In this document: positions 51,258 to 64,000 of the stretch, piece after piece | Layout of the letters: every line of letters starts with the position of its first letter | How positions within the stretch are numbered: the stretch's first letter is position 1 | Assembly: GCA_951406725.2 (NCBI GenBank) | Contig: OX597837.1 | Location: 48,050,001 to 48,114,000, forward strand | Source of the DNA: Octopus vulgaris | Taxonomy: Eukaryota | Direction of reading: 5' to 3' | DNA: 64,000 nt | The notes under the pieces: generated by a model | Told to the model about the DNA's origin: nothing | Databases searched by the model: none | What the model saw: the letters and a program-made list of their open reading frames with translations, nothing else | Program-made: the position numbers and the translations under genes

Positions 51258-52500
51258 GGGTTGGGCAAAATAATGGAAACCCCTTAAAATTTCAAACAGA
51301 TCTATTTTAATATGGGGTAGGACCGCCCTTGGCAGTAATTACAGCTTGAATTCTACGAGGTATGGACTCGTACAAGGTTTGAATTGTTTCCAAAGGAATT
51401 TTTGTCCATTCTTCAGCTAAAACAGTCTCCAGTTCATGTATTGATGATGGTGGAGGATATCGGCTCCTTACTTGTTTTTCCTAAAATGCCCCATAAATGT
51501 TCAATAATATTGAGATCTGGGGACTGATAAGATGTTTAACTTCACTAGAATGTTCCTCGTGTCATTCAGTAACAACTTTAGCTGTGTGAATTGGTGTATT
51601 ATCATCCTGAAAGATTGTGTTTCCCTCCAGAAGCAGTTTCACAACCATAGGTTGAATTTGATCAGATAAAATGCTTAATACTCATGACTATTAATTCTGC
51701 CATGAAGAGAAGCCGTTGGGCCAGCGAATTTCTAAGATATAGCCCACTAGATCATCACACATCCTCGTCCATGTTTAACAGTTGGAAGAAGGCAGTCTAA
51801 GTTATATGCTTCTTTTGGCTATCTTCACGTGTATACTTGGCCAGTGGTTGGAAATAAGGTAAAGGATGACACCTCCAAGAAAATAACATTCTTCCACTGC
51901 TCTAGGAACCAATTCTGTAGGTTTTTACTCTACTTTAAACGTTTTCCAATGTTTGATTTTAAAGGTAGTGGTTTTAAGATAGCAGTCCTCCCATGAAATT
52001 TGGCTTTGTGCAGCTTCCGACAAACAGTTTTTGTGGAAACTTGGTTCTCGAGGTGGTCATTAGGCTCTGCAGTAATTCTGGGAGCTGTACTTTTGTGATC
52101 TTTTCTAACAATTCGGTAAGAGTCCGACGGTCCCTATCTGAAAGTTTTGGTTTTCTTCCAGTGTTTTATTTCGACGAGGAGGTTTTTCTCTCTTTCTCAA
52201 AGGCTGTCTTTACTTTCGAAGCAGTACTTCTTGATACACCAAACATTTTGGCTGTTTTCGTTAAGCTACCGCCTGCCTTACGAGCACCAACAATTTGACC
52301 TCTTTGAAAGTCCGATAGATCTGTCGTTTTAATGAATTTTAATTACTTTTTTCTGATGATATCTGAAAAGAAACATCAATTTTAGCAAAATATATTTAGC
52401 AACACTAATAATAAACATAAAAATAAACACGCTTTTGATGGTTTTATAAATATTTCAAATTTATGATGCTAGGTGTTTCCATTATTTTGTACAACCATTG
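51255..52500 (-). mobile_element. Full-length decayed Tc1-like (DD34E) DNA transposon
   Basis: About 30-bp TIRs CACGGGTTGGGCAAAATAATGGAAACCCCT and AGGTGTTTCCATTATTTTGTACAACCATTG. Transposase remnant at about 51307-52328: DLSDFQRGQIVGAR, FQDDNTPIH, SPDLNIIEHLW, KGGPTPY*. The start codon reads ACG and there are internal stops. Confidence 0.9.
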
Positions 52501-52646
52501 TTGCTTATTTTGATTCTAATCATCTTATTTTGAAATTGTAAAGATAATGCCATACTAAATTCTGGTGCCTCAACTTAAGTCCCATATTCATCTGAATCTA
52601 TCTATTTATGTGTGTGTGTGTGCATTTATATATGCATATGTATATA

Positions 52647-52763
<117 letters not shown>

Positions 52764-52775
52764 GTATGTGTGTGT

Positions 52776-53217
52776 AAGCAATCATGGGGATAAGCAAAAA
52801 TAGACACATCAAATATATTAAATTTATTAAGTACATCAAATACAAAATGTGTGTGTGTGTGTGTCCATGCAAAACGAGAGAAAGGAAAATGTGGAAACTT
52901 TCAGATGATGAATGATGAATTTATATGTATTTATATAAATAAGTCCAACTCACACCGAGTACAAACGACAGAAAAATTTAAACGGGTGGAAGAAAGGTAT
53001 TATAAAGCTAACAGCTGTTTCTGGGGCCTTAATGCGGCCGCATGAATGCATTTAATACAGGATGATACGATTCTCTCTCACCAGAATGCAAAGAAGTTTG
53101 AAGATATCGTTTGTACTCTGTGTAAGTTGGACCTATTTATATAAATATATAAACTCATCATTCATCGTCTGAAAGTTTCCACATTTTCCTTTCTCTCGTT
53201 TTGCATGTATACATACG

Positions 53218-53280
<63 letters not shown>

Positions 53281-53340
53281 TTTGTATTTGATGTACTTAA
53301 TATAATTGATGTGTCGAATTTGCGTATCCTCATTATTGCT
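52776..53340. repeat. Inverted repeat with about 200-bp arms and about 135-bp spacer
   Basis: 52776-52968 is reverse-complementary to 53107-53340, including internal (TG)n/(CA)n tracts. Confidence 0.92.
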
Positions 53341-54776
53341 TCTATACTCGCTCCACCTGATCCCTCTTATAGATTTTCTTTACCTTGAGGAATAATCCCC
53401 TGTAAAGACATCGAAGTCCAAGTTTGAATCTTTTGAGCTCTACTAAGTGTCTTCGATATAGAGAATATCTGGGTCTCATCTATGAACTATATGTTTATAC
53501 ATATATACGACGGCTTCTTTCAGTTTTTGTCTACCAAATCCACTCACAAGGCATCCGTCGGCCCGAGACTATAGCAGAAACACTCAAGGTGTCACGTAGT
53601 GGACTTGAACCTGGGCCCATGTGGTTGGGAAGCAACCTTCTTACCACACAGCAACGCCTTGCGCCTATATCAAAATATTTTATTTCGTGCAAACATTATC
53701 TGATATTGAAGTCAAAACGTTGAGTGCGGTGGCTAGTTATGTGTTTATTATGGAAAGATAGTGAGCAGGCAGAATCGTGAGCGCGTCGGACAAAATGCTT
53801 AGCGGCAGTTCTTCTGACATTTTACGTTCTAATTTCAAATTCCACCGCGGTCATCTTTATCTCTCGTCTGGTATAAGTACCAGTCAAGAATTGGGGCCGA
53901 TGTCATCGACTTACCCACTGACCTTGTGCCTTAATTTGAGACCTTTATATAAAAAATTGACTGTTTTGCCTAAAGTATGCCTTGTCGATCTCTCATTTTC
54001 CACCACCCCCTCTCTCTCCTTCTCTCCCTCTCATACACACACACACATATTGTATATATGTGTGTGTGTGTGTATTTCTATGTACGTACATACAGTCTAT
54101 GTCCCTGAGAAAGTAACGGAGAGTGGAAGAGTCGAAGAGGTGTGTGTAAAGTGAAGTAGATTAGAAAGCTGAATGGGTGTGTAAGAGGGAAAGTAGAGTG
54201 AAAGAGAGGACTTGTGTGATGTTTTGTATGAAGGACAGAAATTGTAAAGAGGGAGAGAGAGAAAGAAATAGATAGTGAGAGAGAGGGGAAAGATGTGGTG
54301 GAGAGAGAGAAAAATGTAAATATTAGAGATTAAGCCACACGCAAATACTTTATGTACTCACACACATGCATACACACGTTTGCATGTATACATTTACATA
54401 CCATCTCTATTCATATATATATACACATACACTATATGTATGTCTATACATACACCATATGCCTATGTAAATATATACATAAATCCACATACACACACAT
54501 ATATATCCATATATATTATTGTTTGGGGAGCGCCTTTCTGTTTTAATGCCTTATTAATTAAGATATACATAAATACACACACACACACACACGTATGACC
54601 TAAACTCTTCCTCTTCTGTCACACACACACAATCGCACGGTTTTGTAGTACAAGTAATCAGAGTTTTACATAAATCCTGCCAAAATTCCCAGCTCCCACC
54701 CGTATACACTGTATAGTTTCATCACCACAGCCCTACACACATACATAATACATAGATACACATGCATACAAACTCC

Positions 54777-54830
<54 letters not shown>

Positions 54831-55740
54831 ATATCCTTTCCCCTTCATTATATATATATATTGAGGTGCACACGCAGATACTCTGTCATAAATACCAAGA
54901 TTTAGCTGTAAATATATTTGCTGCATATCGAAGACGAAAAAAATACGATAAAAACATGTCAGACGTACTTGAATATATAAACATCAATTTATTTATATAC
55001 ACGCACGCCTAGACACGGATACCCGCATTTACATACACAACCACCCCTAACCTTCGCTTTCACTCTTTCTCTCTCTGTCTGACCCTCCCTCTCACTTCAC
55101 TCTCACTCCTAAAATCGCTTTGAGAGTGAGTATTCACTCCACTCTCTTCTCACTCTCTCACTTGCGCTCTCTCCCTAAGTCACTTTCTCACTCTCTCTCT
55201 GTCTGACCCTCCCTCTCACTCCTAAAATTGCTTCGAGAGTGAGTATTCACTCCACTCTCGTCACCTCCACTCCACTCGGCGTGTCTCTTCGCTTCCTGTC
55301 AGCCGTGGCCGTAACACACACGCCATACACAAACACACTAACCCTACAACTACATGCTCCATACAATAACATACACATCTTACACACCGCCACCACCACC
55401 ACTTCTACTATCACTGCTACAACTATTCACAAATTATATACACGCCGACAGGGACGTACTTCCGAATCTCCTCGACAATACAAACACGCACACACATATC
55501 TGTCTGTCCATTATATATATATACACACACACACACACATATATATATGCACAAACACACATAAATATAGTTATATCGGCTGGCCGTGTGTTTATGTATG
55601 TGGTTCTATATCTGTGATATGGTGTGATGTGCTGTCTATGTCTAATGTATGTAATCTGTGTGTAGTAGCTGCGGTGTGGTATGGTGTGTATGTGTGTATA
55701 TGCTTTATTATTTTAGCCGAATGCTATCAGATGATTCTCA

Positions 55741-56101
55741 ATGGCGTTGGTTAAGAAGAGACTATGTTCTGGTGTGTCTTCTTCTGCTGGGCCGACCTGC
55801 GACCAGTGGAACGAGGTGGAGCAGGTGCGCGGCGGCCGAGTGGACAGCTTATTGGATATCTGCGCCAAAGTTGTGGCCGAAAACATAGCCTTCCAGTCTG
55901 TGGAACTTCGATTTGACCGGATACCAGAACCCGTACAAAACCGCATCGTCTACTGGTCATTCCCACGCAATGAAATGGATATATGTATGTATTCGTCTTT
56001 GGCCAATGCTTGCAAGGACAACGGAGATACCCAGAAGTTGCCCTTTCATCACGGTGTACGACTTCTTGAGGGGAATGCTGTAGCTAATGTCTTACAAATA
56101 G
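55741..56101 (+). CDS. ZSWIM5/6-like: First coding exon of a zinc finger SWIM domain protein, ZSWIM4/5/6 family
   Basis: Translation MALVKKRLC...[51 protein letters not shown]...KLPFHHGVRLLEGNAVANVLQIG closely matches the N-terminus I recall for ZSWIM5/6 ([41 protein letters not shown]...[22 protein letters not shown]). Similarity stops at a canonical donor ATAG|GTAAGG (GT at 56102-56103, phase 1). The expected next exon (GFHLSG..) was not seen in the window. Confidence 0.93.
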
Positions 56102-56452
56102 GTAAGGACCTCTTTACCTCACTCTCACTTTTCTTCGTGGACTTATATAATAATAATAATAATAATAATAATTTTGTCGTTAATTATAACCATTCCATTT
56201 ATCGTTTTGTATTAAAGACTCGCATCTCCAGTAAATATGATGAATGTACATTTTCTGTACGAGTGCCTATCTACACACATTCACGTGTATGTACATACAA
56301 CACACACATATGTATATATACACACATGTACATACATATACTCGCACTTACCTATAAACATGCGCGTACACAAAGATATATTTTTTGTACTATTGTGAAA
56401 ATAAGGAAATAGCCAAGCCTGAGCTATTCAAATGAAAATAAAAAGAACGAAA

Positions 56453-56494
<42 letters not shown>

Positions 56495-56624
56495 CCTGTA
56501 AAGTAATTATCATACACACCCACAAATATAACTTAAATTTATCTTTGTTTATTATAAACGACAAATATGTGTAGATTATACATTTATATCACAAAGTACA
56601 TTCTGAAATAATCACTGGTGTATG

Positions 56625-56667
<43 letters not shown>

Positions 56668-56732
56668 GACGTACACATTTTGTATAGGCCTACAAACTGA
56701 TAATATGTACACCTATAAACTATATACTTTTC

Positions 56733-56780
<48 letters not shown>

Positions 56781-59700
56781 CCTCAATGTAGACATCAAAT
56801 ACGCCCAAGCTGCATCCACCCATAAAGTACTAAATTTGTATGAATACACCCACAAACTAACGTTTGTATGCATAAACACACACACACACACGTATGCCTG
56901 CATTATAGTATTGTTCCTTGAAACTCGACAGAAAAGTCAATTAAGAAATATTCTGCAGAAACACATCCACGCAGAGCGAGAGAGAGTGTTTGTGTAAGTA
57001 TGTATGTGTATACACACACACACACACGCCTTTATATAAAACCCTCATTTTTCCGTATAAATGAGGAGAGTTAGAAAATAATGCTCATTATATCTAATTA
57101 CTGTTAAATTTACTATATAAGTATTACTACAACTACTATTACTATTATTGTAACTGCTGCTATAATTACTACTACTACATTTCCTCAATAGAGAGAAGGG
57201 GGGGGTCTGCCCCTCGTTACAGCCTCGACAGGACAGTTGTTGTTTGTTTATTTGCCCTCTTCCTCTCCCTCCTCCCATCACTATTAGTCTTAGCGTGAGA
57301 GTAGGAGGGTTTTCGCTTAAAATTAGGCCTTCTATTCGTTAGCCGCAGTTCAGTATCCACATGCCTTCTGTCTCTTTTATATTTTTCTTGTGACTATTAA
57401 TGTTGTTGCTGCTACTGTTGGGTTTCTTTCTCTAACATGGACACGACCAAGAGGGAACAGTGGAAAAAGTAAATCGATTTCCACTTTTTCTAGCTCGTAA
57501 CTATATTTATTTCAAGTCTAGAAGGGTCACAGCCGATTTAAACCTAAAACATAAGGATGTGTTTATTATAACGGCTGCTATGTAAAGTTCAAAGAATTAT
57601 TAATAAAGAATGGATTATTGTTGTAGCAGCATCAGCCTTGCAGTATTTGTTTATTTCTGCTCTCTTTAAGGTCAACTTTACAGTTCATCCTTTCAGAGTG
57701 GATAAAATAAAGACACCAGTCAAGTTTTCATGTCGATATAGTCAAGTAACTCCCTTCTTTAGGCGTTGTGTCTGAGAAACAATTATTATTAGGACAGAGG
57801 ATTGACAAAATCATTAATTAACGCGTCGAAATACGAAAACCTTGCGATAGTTGTTCTGGAACTTTATAGTCTATTCAAAACCTGTCGACATAACTTCGCC
57901 TTTCATCCTTCTGACATCAAATTAAATCGACCAGCTAACTAACCCCCACCTCTCATTTCCTTGCTGATTTCTTGTGTTTAAGAAATTGTTTTTACTGTAT
58001 TGACATCTCTTCACGTTCTAAGTTCGAATCCTGATAATTCGTTGTCTTTTATTCTTCCAGGAGGGATAGGTATAAAACATGGACTAGTTGTTTAACCCCT
58101 AGTCTATCAGACCTATTATCAAAGACATTCCATTCGTGACCATCCCCTATTTTAAAGTTATGTTGGGCATTGTAGTTAATGTATTAGCGTTGCCTGTTTA
58201 AGCGTTTCCCCCAAAATTTTGGGTTCTGTGAGATAAGATATATAATAAAAATTTATTTTTTAGGAAAAAAATATTTGGCATTTTCAGGTTATTTTTATGA
58301 AATCTCTTTCTAAAACAAAATTTGATGATTGAATGCCTTGGAGTGGTGAGGGTTGTGTATAAAATATAGATTTGGTTCTGTTAGGGTATGATTTCAAGGT
58401 GATTTGGCTGTTATTTCTAGAAGTTCGAGCGATCATATTTGATTTGACTCGAATAGTCATCGATTTAATCTGCCCCTTCCCAATGGGTGGGGGTGGGTAC
58501 ATTGCTTCAATATCTTATATTAAATCATTTTGATCGTGTTAAAAAAGAACTTTATTACAGGTCTTTAAGTAATATACAGCAGTCAAATCAATCGACTGCA
58601 TCTTCACTCAAATTCCCATTTATTTTTGTCCATTGCTGTCATAAAGAATGGACACATTTGGTAATGTCTTCAGCTAATATTTACCCGTGTATGATGCTGA
58701 GGTTTGCTGTCAGATAAATATTCTAGAATTATATAAAGCTCTCTTGCATTGCCCGGTAACCTAGAATGCTGTTAGGATGGCCCTGGTTGTATCTCACTAT
58801 ACATTTGTAGATTAAACACAATATGACCCTTCACAATTATTCTCTCTGAACCTTTCTAATCTTCCAGAGTAGGGATAAAGTGAGAAGTCACGGCAAAAGG
58901 TTAAATCGATTAATCTACACCTAACACCACGCTGCTACGAAACTGTAGTCTTATTATTTAAACATTGCAAAATGAACTTCACAACATCACATTGTTGTGA
59001 AAATCTTGACATAATGAGTTTTTCGGATTGTAGCTTCTTAAAATGGGTTGGTAGACGTGTTAGAGCGTTGCGCAAAATACTTTGCGTACTTGTTCAGGCA
59101 GTTTACCTTTTCAATTCGATGTCAACTTAGCTTTTCTTTCTTAGGTTGACAAAATCAAGTATCAGTCAAGTACTGAATTGATGGCATCGACTAAACCCCC
59201 TCCTCTCAAAGTTGCTGGCCTCGTGTCTAAAATCAGAAGCCATTGTATTCCTTGCGATGAAATACTCGTCTTTGGTTTCAGTTACGTTTTGAGTTCAAAT
59301 TCTGCCAGCAGTCTCTTTTTCTTTTCACCTCTCCAGGCTTAGTCGATAAAGTGTCAGTCATATATTGTTATCGAATCAATCTGCTGCTCCCTTTCCCGAC
59401 AGCCACTCCTCTTTCAATTAAAAGTTGATGAATGGCAGAATCGCTAATGTTTGACAAAGTTCAGTTGCGGTATTACTTTTATATCTCTTTCTATTCAATT
59501 CCAGCTCAGGTCAGTTTTACCTTTCTCACTCATTCAAGGGATCGATTGAATTTAATGAGTCGAGTGCTGGGGAAGGAGTGGATGATGAGGTGGCAGATCG
59601 TTAGAGTTGTTAGTGTCCGATAGAATGATTTCAGGAAGTTGTTCTGGCTCTGCATACTTGAGTTCAAAAGTCCGTCGAGATCAACATTACCTTTCATTTT

Positions 59701-62700
59701 TACAGGAATGATAAATAAAGTACTAGTCAAGTACTTCCTTCTCTCTCTCTCTCTCTACGTTACGCTGAGATATGTCGTAGAGGACCAGCCATGCCCCCAC
59801 CTTCTCTACAAAAAGAATCAAGTTGGAAAGGGTCTGACAACTAATTCTCAAAAAAAACTGATATAATAATAGAAACTGAAGACATTTTGTTGCGTAGCAG
59901 CCAACGGAAGCTAATATTATTATTATTATTTTAAAGAAGTAGAAAATATGTGAAGCTCTTGACCGAACTGAACCAAACATCCGGTTTTGATTCTCACTAG
60001 AAGAAAATTGGATTCACTGTTCGCCATTGATATCGCTAAGAAAAAGATAAGGTCGATCTCTTCACCTCCATTTAAGTAGATGACGGCTTTATGGTGATGA
60101 AAACTGTTGTTGCTTAGCTTCAGGGTGAAACTAGATCAAAGGCTTTCCAGCTGTGACTAATTCGTCTTTTTGTGTACCGGGATCGATAATCTTGTATTCT
60201 TTTAGATATGTTCATATTCTTACAACATGGTTACATTTTTTTCAGCAGGGCGTGTTGATAAATCCCAGTGCAGAAGTGTGTATGTATGTGTATGTGTGTA
60301 TATATAAAGAGAAAGAGAGGCTAACAGTATATTATTGTACAATGTATATAGCGATAAGTCCTAATTCAGCAAGCCCCCATGACGAAAGACGTTCCATCCC
60401 TTGACTTATTGAGTGTAACCTTCCTTAACACAGTATGCTGTGGTTTGGAGGAGACTTAGCTATATTATTCCCTCAGATCTGTTGACTCTGCAGTTGACGA
60501 ATTAGAATTTATAGATTGGTGTGATGGCCTATCTTGACAAATAGGTAATTTCGATAGATTAGATAAAAAGAATCAGCTGAGTAAGGACGTCGGACAAAAT
60601 GTTTTGAGAGATTTAGTCTACGGCCATTTACGTTCTGAACTCAAATCCCACCAAGGTCAACTTACCCTATCATAGTGGATAAAACAAAGCACCAGTCATG
60701 TGTTAGGGTACAAATATACGTCCTAGTTGTGAAGGAAATTATAATCTGTAATTGAGACTGGCAGATGTTATATTGTGTTGAGAGATGAGAATTATAGCAT
60801 GTTGGACAGATCTATGGAGATTGATGAGTGGAGCGATGACAATCTTAGAGGAAAGCGGCGTAATTAATGATGAGACTAGCAATTGCGAGGAATGTAAATC
60901 AAAATAATAATTTGGATTCCCTGATCTACAAAAATGAATGCATTGAAATAAATAAAGTTACTATAAACGACTGGTCTCGTATCTTCGTTAGAAACATCCA
61001 AGTTGGCATCTGGTAACTCATTACAAAAATAAAATTATTTAGTTGAAAGTTTTTCCCAGAAGAATTTCTGACTGGAAATAGGTCTGTTACACCACAACAA
61101 GAGTTTAACTGGATCAGAACAGCCAGATATGTGCACAAGATGAACAAGAACACCGAGTCTCAGTTGTTTAAAACTTGGAAATTTGAAGACTGTTTTGAGA
61201 AAAAATGTAAAATATATAGAATATGTTCGAGGGTGGTGCATGATTCACCTATTTTGAAATATTTACTTATTCGTTTCAGTAATTTAAGATAGCCAAGTTG
61301 TTTTTATACATTCCATTATTGCTGGTTTCATTTTTAATTACATTCGCTCAACGATTATTGTATTAAGTGCTGACTGACTTCAGCGAGTGACTTATGTTAA
61401 CATCAGGGCCATCATTATCAACTGCAGCTTGTATATCCGGCTCAATCTGTCCATTCTATCCAGAGTTCATTAACGAGTCACGTTGTTACCTTCCCACTTA
61501 TTGAGATTTCATATGACTTTTATATTTTATGATTGAAGGTGTCGCATGCATCTCGTCCTTCTCTTGGACATTGTGTCTGTATCTAGAACTACATTAGCTT
61601 ATGTTCCACTACAGCCTTTTCAAGGAACAGTGTCATTTGAAGATTTCGCTTCTATTTCTCGCAGGTACAACAACCATTTAGACGCTGTCTTCCCACGCTA
61701 TTCAAATTTATCAAACTTTTGGTAAAATATTGTTTTAAAAAATAGATTCATCAAACCAAAATTATGATTATAGTTCTAAAGCTTCTGTATTTCGGAGTGA
61801 AGGTGTGTTCTGAGTCAAAACGAATGATTTTTGGGTGGGGTTTTGGAACAGCTGTCCTTCGAAGTCCCAACCTCATGGAAGGGGAAAAGTTTTGGGGGTG
61901 GGGGGGATGGAATTTACGGTTCTGAAAAATAATTTTTCCAAAAATTTGAATTTCACTTTTATCCCTACCTCTCCTACCCCTCTTTCGTACATTTTCCTTT
62001 CCCACGTATGGGACTCCAGGGGGTGGGGGGTTCACATGTCCCAAAATTCCGATTTCGCCGATTTTCATGCGGCAGAGCTGTGCTTCAAATTATATGTATT
62101 CTTCATTCGATGGTTTTCTGTACAGTTTCCGTCGACTCAATTTTACTTGTATGAATCAAGCTGGGACCAGAAAATGACTCTTGCCTGCAATACCAGAATG
62201 AAATCAAAACCGGGGTCTCGTGATTGCGAAGCGAACTCGTTAACCATTCGGCCATACTGTACCTACATCCTATAAATATGCAACGCATACACACATAGAA
62301 GAAAACTCTGCTTCTACTATTTGTCCTAAAAAAAAGGACAATGGTACTCTATGACTAAGATGGTCACCGCTGAAACACTTTTGATCATGTCTCGCTGGAT
62401 TAAGGTTGATTCTAAGATAACGTTTTGAATCATTTCTGAGTTGAAGCCACGTGAACTGATCGCTATCACTTTGCCAAAGGCTTCAATCTCACTTAAACAT
62501 ATTCTCTCTTCTCCTTTTTGACTCCTCTCTTTCTCTCTCCCTTCTTACCCCCCTCTTAAAACAATTCCATCATGAACGAACTTCTGGCTTGCCTCCTGTC
62601 ACTCGGCTTCCATTGTTTCAATTTCTTTTTCCAAATCCTTGGAGAGGTATGAAAGCCACGACATATCAATTAATAAAACCATTGAACAGTTACCCAAGGT

Positions 62701-63540
62701 CGCGAAATGGATTTTCTTTTCACTTCTCCGGAAATCATTCTAAGAGGCGGGATGTCGCCCTCACCCACATTTGTGTTCACATCTTGGTGAAATTAATTTT
62801 GCATTTCGTTCTACCGAGGTCGATAAAATAAGTACCAAGTACATCTTTTGAAAACACTGCACTTTCTCTTTCTCACTTAAAATCATGACCTTTATTGACA
62901 AACATATCATTCTATCGATCTTGTTTAACCTGCAACTCAGGCCTGATCGAATAGACTCATGATGAAAGGCATACTCGCCATGACCATCTTGTCCTTATAT
63001 TTCTACGCACAGTGTTCCGAACTACATTATCCGGTGTAATTGAAGAGATTTAACTGATATTCTTAGTAGCTTGAGCGACCACGTAGTGTAATACGTTCGT
63101 CTATTCTTAGGTTCCAATCTACTACTACCACCACGACAATCGCCACTATACTCACTGCTGTTTGCAGTATGTGTATTGGTTGTCGTATTGCGTGTAGTGT
63201 GTCTACTGGTTGTAGTATTAGTTCCAAATTACTTCTTGACACAGTCTGTCTCGGATTATATTATCCAATGTACCATTTTTAAAATGACTAAACTTTTTTA
63301 TCAACTCATTCGAGGTTTTTCCTTTTAAACACCGTTAGTAGGGGACAGTTGGATTCGATCTCAGTTGATCGAAATTTTTTCCACTTATTGTGTTACATAT
63401 TTGACACTAACGAGCAATCCTTCGGTATTGTTCTCCAGAGTGTTAGTATGAGGAAACTGTCATTCACCCTCTTTTTCAGCCTAACCTCTTTAAGTCATGA
63501 GGGAAGGTTGTGTGGGTGAATGATGCCGTCTACCAATACC

Positions 63541-63763
63541 TATTTCTTTACTACCCACAAGGGGCTAAACACAGAGAGGACAAACAAACGGATTGAGTCG
63601 ATTATATCGATCTCAGTGCGTAACTGGTACTTATTTAATCAACCTCGAAAGGATGAAAGGCAATGTCAACCTCGGCGGAATTTGAACTCAGAACGTAGCG
63701 GCAGACGAAATACTGCTAAGCATTTCGCCCGGAGTGCTAACGATTCTGCCAGCTCGCCGCCTT
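63541..63763 (-). mobile_element. Full-length tRNA-derived SINE (same family)
   Basis: The reverse complement begins AAGGCGGCGAGCTGGCAGAATCGTTAGCAC and ends GCCCCTTGTGGGTAGTAAAGAAATA. Confidence 0.88.
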
Positions 63764-64000
63764 CAATGGGGGTGAGATAACCAAAACGTACCGGATTGCC
63801 CACTAACGTATGTGTGATTTGTGTTTTAGCTGTGTACCCTCTCTCTCTCTCTCTCTCTCACTCACACACACACACACACACAATTTCTCAATGGGGATTT
63901 TTTCCCTTTTGAATGGCACATGTCAACACAATTTCTAGTTAACTAAACACTTTTAAACTTCGTATACGGGTAGAATGTGTTTATAAAACATCATTTTTTC

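Noticed and set aside
56102-56412. Continuation of the 223-aa ORF past 56101
   Set aside because: It is read-through into the intron after the GTAAGG donor. Similarity stops and microsatellites begin.

Overview
AT-rich, microsatellite-dense eukaryotic genomic DNA, most likely an octopus. The organism call rests on tRNA-derived SINEs that resemble the octopus OK/OR1/OR2 families and is recalled from memory, not searched. One host gene is supportable: the first coding exon of a ZSWIM4/5/6-family gene (55741-56101, +), whose intron runs off the window. The rest is layered mobile DNA: a near-intact 5'-truncated Naiad-type Penelope-like element inside a (TA)n array, a second Penelope-like element interrupted by a CR1 3' fragment, RTE and Tx1/L1-like LINE pieces, a decayed Tc1 transposon, mariner/Tc2/Tigger remnants and many SINEs. 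The most notable observations are an apparently intact hammerhead ribozyme in the Naiad 3' UTR with several decayed relatives, repeated fold-back palindromes built from retroposon ends, a 3' tail shared by a SINE and a Tx1-like LINE, and tandem pseudoknot-like units in the RTE 3' UTR. I found no convincing new multi-gene system. Most ORFs in the track are microsatellite artefacts.
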